This document shows, one piece after another, positions 1-10,362 of a DNA stretch of 64,000 nt; position 1 is the first letter of the stretch; each line of letters starts with the position of its first letter. Made by a program: the position numbers and the translations under genes. Location of the stretch: assembly GCA_016719615.1 (NCBI GenBank), contig JADJYQ010000007.1, forward strand, positions 349,070-413,069, read 5' to 3'. This stretch comes from Saprospiraceae bacterium. GTDB taxonomy: Bacteria > Bacteroidota > Bacteroidia > Chitinophagales > Saprospiraceae. A model generated the notes under the pieces. That model was given only the letters and a program-made list of their open reading frames with translations. It was not told the DNA's origin and ran no database searches.

Positions 1-3000
1 AAAATATTGTCAAATAAATATCTGCCCGAAGCATTTGTTTTTGTCGACTTAACAAAAGCTTTGGTATCGGCTCTGTACAACTCAACCATCACATTCGCAA
101 TACCTTCCTCTCCTGGTTCCTGTATTCCGTTTGCATTCCGGTCGTGCCAAACAAAATCACCAATGCTTGCTCTTAAACCATATCCCGCAACATCGTGATC
201 GTCTTCATCCTGGTTTGCTAATAATCCTCCTCCCAGGATATTGTTATCGTCTGTATCTCCCGGCTTCACCAATCGTTCATGTGGAGCATCAGATGCCGGT
301 TTGCTATCAGCGTCCAACATGCTGATATCCATACCGCTGGTGTCGAAAGCCTGTAAGATTTCAGCCCAATTGAAATAATCAGATATTTCAGTGCTTGGTA
401 CGGCTAATAATTTGATATCTACAGAATCAATATCTCCTTGATTTAATGTCTTACTGAATCGGTATTCTGCCCGTGAACCATTTAAAATCCAAGCGGGATT
501 TTTTGTGGGTAACCAATGGTAACCTACATTCAAATAATCACCTATCAAAACCGATTTTGCAGGAATATTTCCCTGATTAAAAATTTTTATTCTAAAAATC
601 GCGGTATCCCCCGATGGTTCAAGACTCTCTTTTCGCAAAGCCAGATCATGTAATAACAACATCGCTGGATCGTGATCGTCCTCATCCATGATTCCATCTC
701 CATCAGTATCCATTCCATCATCATCAATAAAATTGTCGCTGATGGAATTTGGAATACCACCCGGATCATTGTTTTTATTAAAATCGAATTTGGAGTCAAG
801 GTCTTGCAAGTAAATGTTATTTTCAAAATCTATAGCTCGTACAATTTCAGAAAAATTGGTCAAATTGAAAACACCTCCCGCATATTGCTGCACGCGCATT
901 TGAATAAATAGACGAACACTATCGCCGGGATTTAATAAAGTGTCTTTTGTAAATGTAGCCGAGTGGGTCCCGGCATCATAGATCCATCCAGTATTTGGCA
1001 ACCAAGTGAAACCGTTTGGCAAATAATCCACTACGGAAAACTGCACCGCAGGAATATTGCCTTGGTTATATACATTAATAGAAAAGATAGCAGTATCTCC
1101 ATAATTCACCGGCAAATTTCCATGATATAATTTGCACAATGCAAGATCAAATATACTTGGTGCTGCAGGATCATGATCATCTTCATCTCCACCAAGGTCC
1201 TGAGAATTTATATTATTATCATTTGGTGAGCCTGGTAAAACAGCTCTTTCTAATAAGTGATCTGTTCCTTCGCGACTATCAAAATCCTGACCTGTTCTGT
1301 CTAATGAATCGAGATTCTGTGAACCAACGATTTCAGCATAATTGATCCAGTTTGCAAAATCATCAGTTGGTTTTAATTTTAAATACAATTTGACACTAAG
1401 ACTATCTCCAGGATTGATGCGTTCCCGCATGATATGCTCAGCATGATCTCCATCTAATTTCCAAGTCGGATGATTTTTAGCATACACAAAATCATATCCT
1501 GAAGGGATGTGGTCGCGGATTCCAACGCGTCCTGCGGAATCTGTTCCCTGATTATAAATGGTGATTTCAAACTCAAGATCCTGTCCGATGGTATGCGGTT
1601 TTGGACTCAGGAGTACTTTTTTCAAAGCAAGGTCCCACACAAAAGTTGTGGCTGGATCTTTATCATCCTCATCAAAAATTCCATCCATATTGGAATCCAT
1701 GCCATCATCATCTATATGATCATCCGAATCTGTAGAAATAATTCCACCCGCATCGTTGCTAATATCCATATCATGAACGCTATCAAAATCGTCTTGAAGA
1801 ATATTCAATATATGATGAACGGTAACGATAAATGCATTCTTAACTTCAGCCATATTCACCCAGTCACCGGGATCAGTTGTAGGTAACAATTCCAGAGTAA
1901 GGGTCTTCACAACTGAATCTCGCGGGTTTATTATAATTGGAATTTCAGATGTGACCATGTTGTTTCCAATAGATGTCCATTCCGGATTATCAGAAGCATG
2001 AAAGATAAATCCATCCGGCACATAATCCACCAAAGTGATATTTTGCGCAGGCACATTTCCCTGATTATACAACCAGATATTAAAATCCACTTTTTGATGA
2101 TAGCCCGTTGCCATCATATTAGCTCTCACTTTTCGCAATGCTAAATCAAATATGATCGTGTTCGCTACATCGTGATCATCTTCATCCTCACCTGGATTGG
2201 TCCTTCTATGTCCTTTTAAAAAATCATCATTCGGGTCGAATGGCATCACAAGATTATCATTTCTCCTTTCACTATCCGGATTAGAGTCAATGTCCACAGG
2301 TGGAATATGATTCGGAGATTTAAAAGAACTAATCTCAGCAGCATTGATCACATCATTTACATCCTTAAAGCCAGCATGAATACTGATGATTAAATCTGTT
2401 ATCAGACTATCGCCCGGACCTAAGGAATCAATATTTAATAGTAAAGTAGTGTCATTCAGAAATTGCCATTGCGGATTTAGTATTGGATCAAATGAATAAT
2501 TTTTTGGTAAATAATCCAAAACATCAACTTGAAGTGCTGGTAAACTACCCTGATTGTAAACTGCAATACGGAATGCTACATAATCTCCATTTGTTGCTGT
2601 AGTGGATGTGATTTCATATTTACGAAGAGCCAAATCAAAAAAATCAAAATCCGTACAAACCGTATCCTTTTCATCTGAAAGTCCATCCTGATTGATGTCT
2701 AACAATGATTCATTAAAAATGCCAAATCCAGCCAGAAATGCACCTTGCTCATTTTTCTTACAAGCCTGATAATAATTATCACCGGTACTTCCTGCACTGT
2801 AATCGAGGATAAGGTGTACGTCTATATAAAAACTGTCTGAAGAAAATTCAGCTAAAGATCTGTCAATTGCTAATGCCCAACCTTGAATACCCGGGGTATT
2901 CGATAAATTATTTGACTGCCCATTATTTATTTTAAATGAAGCAGATGAAATCACCAAGTCATTTTCAAGTTGAGGAAGATCATATAATGAATATATACCG

Positions 3001-6000
3001 GCTGCACCGCCTTTATTTTGTGCAACAATCAGATATTTTACAATAATAGACTCATCAACTAATTTTTCTTTAGAAATTAAATATTTTTCATGTTTGATCT
3101 GCGGAAGATCTCCGCAAAATGTGTCTCGCTTTTCAGGACGAAGATCATTGTTTAAATCGATCATGGCTACATTAAATAGTCCTTCACCAATTCTTGGAAT
3201 AGCACTATTTGTAAAACCACAGGATCGATAGATATTATTTCCCTGAGTGATTGGATCAAAGTCCATTTGCACCATGAGATCGATGAAAAAGCTATCTCTT
3301 TCGCCTATCTGAATTTGTTGTGATGGACTTAAAATCCATCCATCAACAGGAACAATAATTGGTAACAAACCAGCTGCACCGGTATTTGAATGGTAAGCTG
3401 CATGCTGTATTATGATGTCATCATCAAAAGTTGGCCTGTCCAGCAAATTATAATCACCGGTGGCGCCACCTTTATTGTAAACAGTAATGAGGTATTTTAA
3501 ACTATATTTTTCGAGTTCCGTTTGTTGGACTTCCAACAGCACTTTATTTAATTCGAGATAGGGTATATCTGTACAGATGGTATCTGCAAGATCGTATTGC
3601 CCATCTCCATTAAAATCCAGAAGTGCGCGATTAAATAATCCTTCACCAGATACCGGAATATTGGAAGAAAAACCGCATGCAGAATAAATATTATCACCAT
3701 CAGATCCAGGTCGTAAATCTATTTTTACATTGACTGTGAGAAATACTGTATGTTTTACACCTGGAGCAATAAGCTGGTTTGAAATAATAGTCCACGGTCC
3801 TGTCCCAAACAGCGCACCACCTCCCTTTCCGGGAATGTTTGTGGTGTAAAATGCAGCTAAAACTTTGATATCATTATCAAAACCGGGCATATCCTGTAAT
3901 GTATAACTACCCGTTTCATTTCCAAGATTTTCAATCTCAATTCGATAAATGATATTATGCGAAGCATCAGATTGAATGGTATTTGAAAATAAAGTTTTTT
4001 GAACACTGATATTGGGCCTAGGGCAAATAGATGGAGTTGTGAAAAGCGAATCGAGGCAATCATAATTGTCAGCATCTCTGATTTCAATTTTATATGTTGA
4101 AATTCCATCTGCATGAAAATCAGAATTAGGTGCCATTCCAACTAAAATTGCGGATCCATATGATGATGTCCCTAAAATATTTCCGTTCAACAGTACCTCA
4201 AATCGGCTGGTGGGTCCCGGTTGTGTATTATCAGCGCTAACGAGCACCGCAAACCAATCATCTGATGGATCATTTACAGTACCGTTATTATTACATTCGG
4301 TTTGCAAAAAGGTGTTGATTTTTAAGCCGCAACATTCCACAATTTGTACCCGGTAGTTACAATGTTGCCATGTAGTATCTCCTGAAATGTCAATAGCATA
4401 ATAGTAATAAGCTTCATAACCATCTTCCAGACCAAAAAATGTTTTATCAAATAATAAATTTTCAGAATTGCCAACGATTGTTTGTGTAGTACTGTCAAAC
4501 CAACAATAATGCACCATGCCCGGCACAGCAAGTAATTGAATCAGGGCATCTCTATTGCTGCATAATTTTTGGAGCGGAGGACAGCAATTCTCCGGTTGAT
4601 CAAAAGCATCGATGGAATCGACCCTGCAATGCTGATCAAAAATGTAATAGGCTCTGATGATGATATCGTCAATTCCATCAGCTGCCAAATTCTTAAATTG
4701 CACATGGACGATTCCATCGGGAACTCCTTGTACTATTTGGGTCTCACCACTTGAAAGTTCAATAAAAATATTCCCTACCGGACAATTGCTTGCCACTAAA
4801 TTAAAGGAGAGATCAAATCCATTTGTCAATGGATTGCATAATGTATATTGAAGATCTTTTAATGCTACTTTTCCGGGTATGGTTTGGAAAAAACCAAAAT
4901 CAAATGAATGATCGTTTTGTCCACTGATTCCTGTAGTAATGTCCAAATAAATATCACCATTCATTGCAATTTTACCATCACTATCAATCTGGTCATTGTT
5001 TGGAGCTCCATCATCAGGTGGAGATAATAAAAAATTCAACAATGCAGCTTGTGAAACCGGATCAGTTATTCGCAAGCGATAATCTGTTTGTGGCCACAAA
5101 GATGTAATGTTATAGATATATGATGTTGGATATGGATTATTCTGTGGTGGCTCCTGATTTGAAAAGATATATTGACCATATTCATTGGTAATGGCAAATG
5201 CTACCAATGTATCATTGTGCAATAATTCTATTCTAACTCCCGGTATAGGTGGTTCGGTGGGATCCTGGACTCCATTATTATTCCTGTCAGACCAAACATA
5301 ATTTCCAATTTCAAGCGGCGCAGCTTTGCTGAATATTTTCATATCACCAAGTGCATTACTTTTACCAATCAACAAACCAAAATCTTCAGGTATAATAATA
5401 TATCTTTTATCCCAGTCTCCTGATTGATTATTCAAATGTAAAACACCACTGGTGAAAGAACCAAATGGATCCACACATGAACTGACAACATCTCGATATC
5501 CGGGACACAAACTCAAAGCGCCATTTAAACTTTCTCTTTCAACAACCAATCCAACTTTAGACATCGCATGATCCCCAAAATAGTATTCTCCGCCACCGGG
5601 ACCAAATCCTGTATTTCTTCCGGCCGTTTCGTTTACGCCATCGTTGGCATTGTTTTCAATGATAAATTTTGATTGGATGGGATCAAATCTTGCTCTTAAG
5701 ATATCTCCAAAACTAATGATTGTATGTATTCCATTTCCTTCAAGATCGTGTTGGTTAATGCCTCCTTGCATCGAATAACGATCCATCATTCCCACAATCA
5801 TAACATCATCATCTTCAAATTCAATATCAGATAAAACCGGTTGCGGGTGTTGACAAAACACATTACCGCCATCCGGACAATCTCCATTCCAGGTATCCAA
5901 CCAAGGATTGAAATTATATTTATTTGTGAAAGCCGGATAATCCAATGGAAATTGGAGTACTTCGGTAAAGCTTTCTGTATTTGGATTGAATGCATAAACA

Positions 6001-7127
6001 AATGCTGATAAATCTGAAGCCGATCCCATAGGTCCGGATGCATCACACACGACCCCTACATACAATATTCGCCGATGCATTTTTGCTGCCCAGGGTCTGA
6101 AGTTACCATTTGAACATCCCGGATCAGGTATGTCGAATGAATCTACATCTGCGGCATCGGGCATTTCAAATGGCAGATTTATAAAAATAGAATATAATTT
6201 GCGGGTATGCAGATTGATGAGGTACAATGTTTTTTCATCTTCTGAAATGTCCATTCCTCCAAAAGATATCTTTCCAATTTTACTATATGCTAAGGAATCT
6301 GTTGAAACGGGCGGAATTTGCAAAGGCAAATTTCGCTGTGTATTATTCGGAAAATCGCCTGATGGTATACCTATTGAGTTGAGATCCAGCAAAGGAGTAA
6401 CATTGTTGGATTGCATATTTAATTCGTACAAACCACCATAAGATAATGGACCAATTCCGCTATGCCTTTTTAAGGCAGCGGAGGTAAATATTTTTCCACT
6501 TGATTTCTGAATGGCTACGCCCCAACAACTTCCAATTTGACTGCCGGTACCGAGACTCGTTACATTAGGGGCCATGCCACCGTGTTGACTTTGCAATATT
6601 TCATTTACATTTTTGCCGCCTGCGAAATAATCAAATTTTATAAATGCATCGAAGTTTGTAAAAGCTGATTGCGGGTCGAGTGGATCACCCATAACATAAC
6701 ATGGAGTCAGTATTTGAGGGTCTACACAATAATTTCCTGGATAATTTATACCATACTCAAGGTTTGAAGGATTGTTCAAAAGAAATTGAACAGAAGAGCT
6801 TTCATCAGGGTGCAAAGGATTTACAGGTCCACAATAATCAAAGGCTTTATGCTGCCTGAATTCTACCCTGTATGGCGGGTTATCAACAGGATTTACTATA
6901 AAATCACCCAGCTCATTTGTAAACGAAATGCTGGTATTTCCCTGAAGTCCGGTAATAATAATCTGAATTCCTTCAACACCGGGCTCAAAGTAAATCAAGC
7001 TGGAATCTCTGCTTCCATTGGCATTATAATCTCGGTAAACTTTTCCCGTTATTTGTCCATATAAGCCTGTAAAACAAGAAAATAGGAATATACATAGGAA
7101 GAGTTTACCAAATGTTTTGTGGTACAT
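1..7127 (-). CDS. Very large secreted repeat/adhesin-like surface protein; 5' end complete, 3' end outside window (>2375 aa visible)
   Basis: The reverse frame is open from ATG (7127-7125) to the left window edge. My translation finds no stop, and the track lists no minus-strand ORF in this frame. The N-terminus MYHKTFGKLFLCIFLFSCFTGLYGQ looks like a signal peptide. The body contains SdrD/Cna-B-like segments (GDFVWHDRNANGIQEPGEEGIANVMVELY; GNYVWSDRNNNGVQDPTEPPIPGVRIELL), DUF11-like modules (FDLALRK...YNQGN) and acidic DDDGMD.DGDG..DEDDHDPA strings. Confidence 0.85.
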   Translation of the reverse strand, partial: MYHKTFGKLFLCIFLFSCFTGLYGQITGKVYRDYNANGSRDSSLIYFEPGVEGIQIIITGLQGNTSISFTNELGDFIVNPVDNPPYRVEFRQHKAFDYCGPVNPLHPDESSSVQFLLNNPSNLEYGINYPGNYCVDPQILTPCYVMGDPLDPQSAFTNFDAFIKFDYFAGGKNVNEILQSQHGGMAPNVTSLGTGSQIGSCWGVAIQKSSGKIFTSAALKRHSGIGPLSYGGLYELNMQSNNVTPLLDLNSIGIPSGDFPNNTQRNLPLQIPPVSTDSLAYSKIGKISFGGMDISEDEKTLYLINLHTRKLYSIFINLPFEMPDAADVDSFDIPDPGCSNGNFRPWAAKMHRRILYVGVVCDASGPMGSASDLSAFVYAFNPNTESFTEVLQFPLDYPAFTNKYNFNPWLDTWNGDCPDGGNVFCQHPQPVLSDIEFEDDDVMIVGMMDRYSMQGGINQHDLEGNGIHTIISFGDILRARFDPIQSKFIIENNANDGVNETAGRNTGFGPGGGEYYFGDHAMSKVGLVVERESLNGALSLCPGYRDVVSSCVDPFGSFTSGVLHLNNQSGDWDKRYIIIPEDFGLLIGKSNALGDMKIFSKAAPLEIGNYVWSDRNNNGVQDPTEPPIPGVRIELLHNDTLVAFAITNEYGQYIFSNQEPPQNNPYPTSYIYNITSLWPQTDYRLRITDPVSQAALLNFLLSPPDDGAPNNDQIDSDGKIAMNGDIYLDITTGISGQNDHSFDFGFFQTIPGKVALKDLQYTLCNPLTNGFDLSFNLVASNCPVGNIFIELSSGETQIVQGVPDGIVHVQFKNLAADGIDDIIIRAYYIFDQHCRVDSIDAFDQPENCCPPLQKLCSNRDALIQLLAVPGMVHYCWFDSTTQTIVGNSENLLFDKTFFGLEDGYEAYYYYAIDISGDTTWQHCNYRVQIVECCGLKINTFLQTECNNNGTVNDPSDDWFAVLVSADNTQPGPTSRFEVLLNGNILGTSSYGSAILVGMAPNSDFHADGISTYKIEIRDADNYDCLDSLFTTPSICPRPNISVQKTLFSNTIQSDASHNIIYRIEIENLGNETGSYTLQDMPGFDNDIKVLAAFYTTNIPGKGGGALFGTGPWTIISNQLIAPGVKHTVFLTVNVKIDLRPGSDGDNIYSACGFSSNIPVSGEGLFNRALLDFNGDGQYDLADTICTDIPYLELNKVLLEVQQTELEKYSLKYLITVYNKGGATGDYNLLDRPTFDDDIIIQHAAYHSNTGAAGLLPIIVPVDGWILSPSQQIQIGERDSFFIDLMVQMDFDPITQGNNIYRSCGFTNSAIPRIGEGLFNVAMIDLNNDLRPEKRDTFCGDLPQIKHEKYLISKEKLVDESIIVKYLIVAQNKGGAAGIYSLYDLPQLENDLVISSASFKINNGQSNNLSNTPGIQGWALAIDRSLAEFSSDSFYIDVHLILDYSAGSTGDNYYQACKKNEQGAFLAGFGIFNESLLDINQDGLSDEKDTVCTDFDFFDLALRKYEITSTTATNGDYVAFRIAVYNQGSLPALQVDVLDYLPKNYSFDPILNPQWQFLNDTTLLLNIDSLGPGDSLITDLIISIHAGFKDVNDVINAAEISSFKSPNHIPPVDIDSNPDSERRNDNLVMPFDPNDDFLKGHRRTNPGEDEDDHDVANTIIFDLALRKVRANMMATGYHQKVDFNIWLYNQGNVPAQNITLVDYVPDGFIFHASDNPEWTSIGNNMVTSEIPIIINPRDSVVKTLTLELLPTTDPGDWVNMAEVKNAFIVTVHHILNILQDDFDSVHDMDISNDAGGIISTDSDDHIDDDGMDSNMDGIFDEDDKDPATTFVWDLALKKVLLSPKPHTIGQDLEFEITIYNQGTDSAGRVGIRDHIPSGYDFVYAKNHPTWKLDGDHAEHIMRERINPGDSLSVKLYLKLKPTDDFANWINYAEIVGSQNLDSLDRTGQDFDSREGTDHLLERAVLPGSPNDNNINSQDLGGDEDDHDPAAPSIFDLALCKLYHGNLPVNYGDTAIFSINVYNQGNIPAVQFSVVDYLPNGFTWLPNTGWIYDAGTHSATFTKDTLLNPGDSVRLFIQMRVQQYAGGVFNLTNFSEIVRAIDFENNIYLQDLDSKFDFNKNNDPGGIPNSISDNFIDDDGMDTDGDGIMDEDDHDPAMLLLHDLALRKESLEPSGDTAIFRIKIFNQGNIPAKSVLIGDYLNVGYHWLPTKNPAWILNGSRAEYRFSKTLNQGDIDSVDIKLLAVPSTEISDYFNWAEILQAFDTSGMDISMLDADSKPASDAPHERLVKPGDTDDNNILGGGLLANQDEDDHDVAGYGLRASIGDFVWHDRNANGIQEPGEEGIANVMVELYRADTKAFVKSTKTNASGRYLFDNI

Positions 7128-7363
7128 ATTGGTCTATTAGGCTAGCCAATGAAAGCAAAAACCATACCATTATATTATAAACTGTGTTTATATGAATTAA
7201 AAGACCAGAATTCTTGAGAAGGAATTCCATCACAGGTTTTACTGAATGAATCAGCAGATTCAATTCTAAAGTTTAAAACGCCAATTGATGAGGTATTGCC
7301 ATAGATGGCCATTCATCTAAAGGAGGGATTTTTCAATGCAAAATCTATTTATATTTGAAATTC

Positions 7364-8224
7364 CTACATCAAGAGTTTGCTTAGATATTCACCATAAGGG
7401 CTCTTTTGCAATTTAACTGCCTGCTCCTGCAACTTTTCTTTGGAAATGTATTTCATTAAATAAGCCACTTCTTCCGGACAACCAATTTTTAAGCCCTGTC
7501 GCTGTTCAATGACTTGAATAAATTGCGATGCTTGCATTAAAGACTCATGAGTGCCGGTATCTAACCATGCAATTCCTCGTCCCATAACTCCTACTTTGAG
7601 TTTTCCTCTTTTCAAATATTCTTTATTTACATCGGTAATCTCATATTCACCTCTTGCAGAAGGTTGAAGATTTTCCGCAATTTCGACAACAGTATGATCA
7701 TAAAAATAAATACCGGGAACCGCGTAATTTGATTTTGGAGTTTTTGGTTTTTCCTCTAATGAAAGTACTTTATTTTCAGCATCAAATTCCACAACACCGT
7801 AGCGCTCAGGATCAGCAACGGGATATGCAAAGATGACAGCACCTTCAAGGCTTGAATGACAGCGCAACAATTCCGGAAATTTACTTCCATAAAAAATATT
7901 ATCACCAAGAATAAGACAAACTGAATCGTTTCCAATAAATTCCTTTCCCAATACAAAAGCTTGTGCCAGGCCGTTTGGAACTTGCTGTTCCTTATAAGAA
8001 ATTTGAATTCCAAACTGACTGCCATCTGCCAGTAGTTCTTTAAACTTTGGAAGATCTGTTGGAGTCGAAATAATCAGAATATCCTTTATTCCAGCCAACA
8101 TCAATGTAGTCAAAGGATAATAAATCATAGGCTTGTCATACACTGGCATCAACTGTTTGCTCATAACGAGTGTGAGCGGATACAATCTAGTGCCATGTCC
8201 TCCTGCAAGTATTATTCCTTTCAT
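7364..8224 (-). CDS. rfbA: Glucose-1-phosphate thymidylyltransferase
   Basis: 286 aa. It has the N-terminal G-loop [18 protein letters not shown] and a full-length RmlA/RfbA-like sequence ([29 protein letters not shown]). Confidence 0.95.
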   Translation of the reverse strand: MKGIILAGGHGTRLYPLTLVMSKQLMPVYDKPMIYYPLTTLMLAGIKDILIISTPTDLPKFKELLADGSQFGIQISYKEQQVPNGLAQAFVLGKEFIGNDSVCLILGDNIFYGSKFPELLRCHSSLEGAVIFAYPVADPERYGVVEFDAENKVLSLEEKPKTPKSNYAVPGIYFYDHTVVEIAENLQPSARGEYEITDVNKEYLKRGKLKVGVMGRGIAWLDTGTHESLMQASQFIQVIEQRQGLKIGCPEEVAYLMKYISKEKLQEQAVKLQKSPYGEYLSKLLM

Positions 8225-8271
8225 GAATTTTTTTTTATAATAGAATAAATGAAATTGAAAATATAAATAAA

Positions 8272-8601
8272 TTATTTATGCTGAATTAAAAGTATAATTG
8301 CTTTAAGCATTTCATCAAGTGGATTCAAATCTTCAAAAGAAATGAGTTCTCCTTGTTCCAATTTATGCAATAAAATATCCGAAGTCCGAATCGCCAGACC
8401 ACAACGCAACATGGTAAAATTAGTTTTTAATTCATGCAAACTATTAAAAATTCTTTTTGCATCAGCTTCCCCAATCCTTTTTTGGATTTCTATCATTTTG
8501 AGGTTTGCATCATCAACCCATTCATCCAATAATTCTTGGAGCAATAACTCATCCTGAAAAGTCAGATCTCGTAAAAATTTTATATGAATTGAGATTTCCA
8601 T
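8272..8601 (-). CDS. Small Hpt (histidine phosphotransfer)-like domain protein
   Basis: 109 aa, apparently all-helical. The motif [15 protein letters not shown] resembles the H-x-L-K-G....G phospho-His site of Hpt domains. The start overlaps the upstream ORF by 53 nt. Confidence 0.45.
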   Translation of the reverse strand: MEISIHIKFLRDLTFQDELLLQELLDEWVDDANLKMIEIQKRIGEADAKRIFNSLHELKTNFTMLRCGLAIRTSDILLHKLEQGELISFEDLNPLDEMLKAIILLIQHK

Positions 8602-8968
8602 AGGGTTTGTATAATGTTTCGTCTCTCGGATAGAAAATAAACTGGGCTCCTAATTCAGATAACACAAAAAGGCAAACATGCTCCGTATGCTCATTAAATA
8701 CTTTTTGAAATTCGGCAATCCGATCTTCAAGAATAATGTTTTTAACGGAAAACTCTTCCAGACTGGAAGCGTGCACTGACCATACACCTGTATTTGGACC
8801 TGCTTCAATAAGACTTACCCCCATTTCCAACTCCTGTTGATGTAAAATAAAAATAGGATAGTTCGTAAGTTCCTGATCCAGCATGATTTCCAATGCGTTA
8901 TTCAGTGCTTTGCGGTATCTTTTCAGATCTTCCTCCAGCTGCAAGTATTTTTCTATCGGATCGCTCAT
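8549..8968 (-). CDS. Hypothetical protein
   Basis: Track ORF 8549..8995. I prefer the internal ATG at 8968 (MSDPIEKYLQLEEDL...), which makes an ATGA overlap with the rlmD stop. No recognisable motif. Confidence 0.5.
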   Translation of the reverse strand: MSDPIEKYLQLEEDLKRYRKALNNALEIMLDQELTNYPIFILHQQELEMGVSLIEAGPNTGVWSVHASSLEEFSVKNIILEDRIAEFQKVFNEHTEHVCLFVLSELGAQFIFYPRDETLYKPYGNLNSYKIFTRSDFSG

Positions 8969-10335
8969 GTTCGCAAAGATAATAAGGCTACACATTCGAC
9001 ATGATTGGTATGTGGAAACATATCGACAGGGCTCAGTTTAATGACTTTATATTTCTCCGAAAGCCGGTCTATATCTCTTGCCTGAGTGGAGGGATTGCAA
9101 CTTACATAAATGAGTTTTTCGATTTGCATCTTTAATAATTCCTGGCACACTTTGTCGTGTAATCCCATTCTGGGAGGATCAACGATGACGATATCAGGCC
9201 TGGCGCGCTCTAAAATCCAGGAAGATAACTCAAGTGATTCAGCCATTCCCATATGAAATTCGCAGTTCTCCAAATTGTTGGCCAATGCATTTTTTCTGGC
9301 GTCCTCAACGGCAGCCTGAATGGTTTCCACTCCGATAACTTTAGCTGCATTTCGGGCCAAATAAATTCCTATACTTCCTACCCCGCAATATAAATCGAGA
9401 ATTGTTTCTCCACCTTTCAATTCACAATAACTTTCGATGAGTTGAAACAATACTTGGGCCTGTTTTGGATTTGTTTGGAAAAAAGATTTCGGACCAATCA
9501 GAAACTTTACATGTTCCCATGTTTCTGTTAGGAAAGGAATTCCATAAAAAAGTTGCAAATCCAAATCATAAATACTATCGTTATATTTAGTGTTGACCGC
9601 GGTATATATACTTTTAATTTGTGGAAATGTTTTCGATACAGCATTTGACAATTGGTGGATCTTCTCCTGATCATCCCTTCCAAAACATATAATACACATA
9701 TATTCTTCCAGACTATTGCTTCGAAGAGTTAAATTTCTCAACAAGCCTGTATGATTCTTAATATCATAATAATCCCAGCCTTGTTCCATGGTATATGCAC
9801 GAATAAAATTTCGAATGTCATTTGATACCCCCCCTTGATGAAAACAATGATGGATGTCAACAATTTTTTGAAAATGCCCGGGACGGTGAAAACCTAAAGC
9901 TTTATTTTGATCTTCAGCTGTTTCAGTTTCATTAAATAATTTCCAACGATGCGTTGAAAAGGTATATTCAAGTTTATTTCTGTAATAAGTAGTTTCTCGG
10001 GCCGGGATAATAGGTTCAAATAATGCATTTGGAATTTTGGCAATTCGTTGTATCGCATCCTTTGCCCACAATTCCTTCTGATGCAATTGTTCAGCATAAT
10101 CAATATGTTGCCAGCTACATCCTCCACACACCCCAAAATGTGCACAATGAGGCTCTTTGCGATGTATGGAAGCTTGGATCAATTGATTTATTTTGCCAAA
10201 CCAGGATCCTTTTTTCTTGGCAAAGAACTCAACCTCTACTTCGTCTCCGGGAACTGCTCCTTCAACAAAAACGACCATTCCTTCTGCGTTTCTTCCCACG
10301 GAAAAACCATTATTGGCTATTGCATGGATATTCAC
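8965..10335 (-). CDS. rlmD: 23S rRNA (uracil-C5)-methyltransferase, RumA/RlmD type
   Basis: 456 aa. It has an N-terminal TRAM-like segment, the Fe-S cysteine cluster CAHFGVCGGCSWQH, the SAM-binding motif ILDLYCGVGSIG, and the C-terminal YVSCNPSTQARD catalytic region. Confidence 0.9.
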   Translation of the reverse strand: MNIHAIANNGFSVGRNAEGMVVFVEGAVPGDEVEVEFFAKKKGSWFGKINQLIQASIHRKEPHCAHFGVCGGCSWQHIDYAEQLHQKELWAKDAIQRIAKIPNALFEPIIPARETTYYRNKLEYTFSTHRWKLFNETETAEDQNKALGFHRPGHFQKIVDIHHCFHQGGVSNDIRNFIRAYTMEQGWDYYDIKNHTGLLRNLTLRSNSLEEYMCIICFGRDDQEKIHQLSNAVSKTFPQIKSIYTAVNTKYNDSIYDLDLQLFYGIPFLTETWEHVKFLIGPKSFFQTNPKQAQVLFQLIESYCELKGGETILDLYCGVGSIGIYLARNAAKVIGVETIQAAVEDARKNALANNLENCEFHMGMAESLELSSWILERARPDIVIVDPPRMGLHDKVCQELLKMQIEKLIYVSCNPSTQARDIDRLSEKYKVIKLSPVDMFPHTNHVECVALLSLRT

Positions 10336-10362
10336 TTTTTCATTTTCTCTTTCTGGCTGCCA

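Noticed and set aside
7-7064. Thirteen short ORFs from the track: 7..198, 131..325, 587..826, 672..911, 1139..1345, 1509..1886, 3857..4141, 4322..4531, 4569..4754, 4657..4851, 5798..6046, 6130..6441, 6786..7064.
   Set aside because: All lie inside the 7.1-kb open minus-strand frame, either in other frames or antisense. Their sequences are low-complexity with no motifs.
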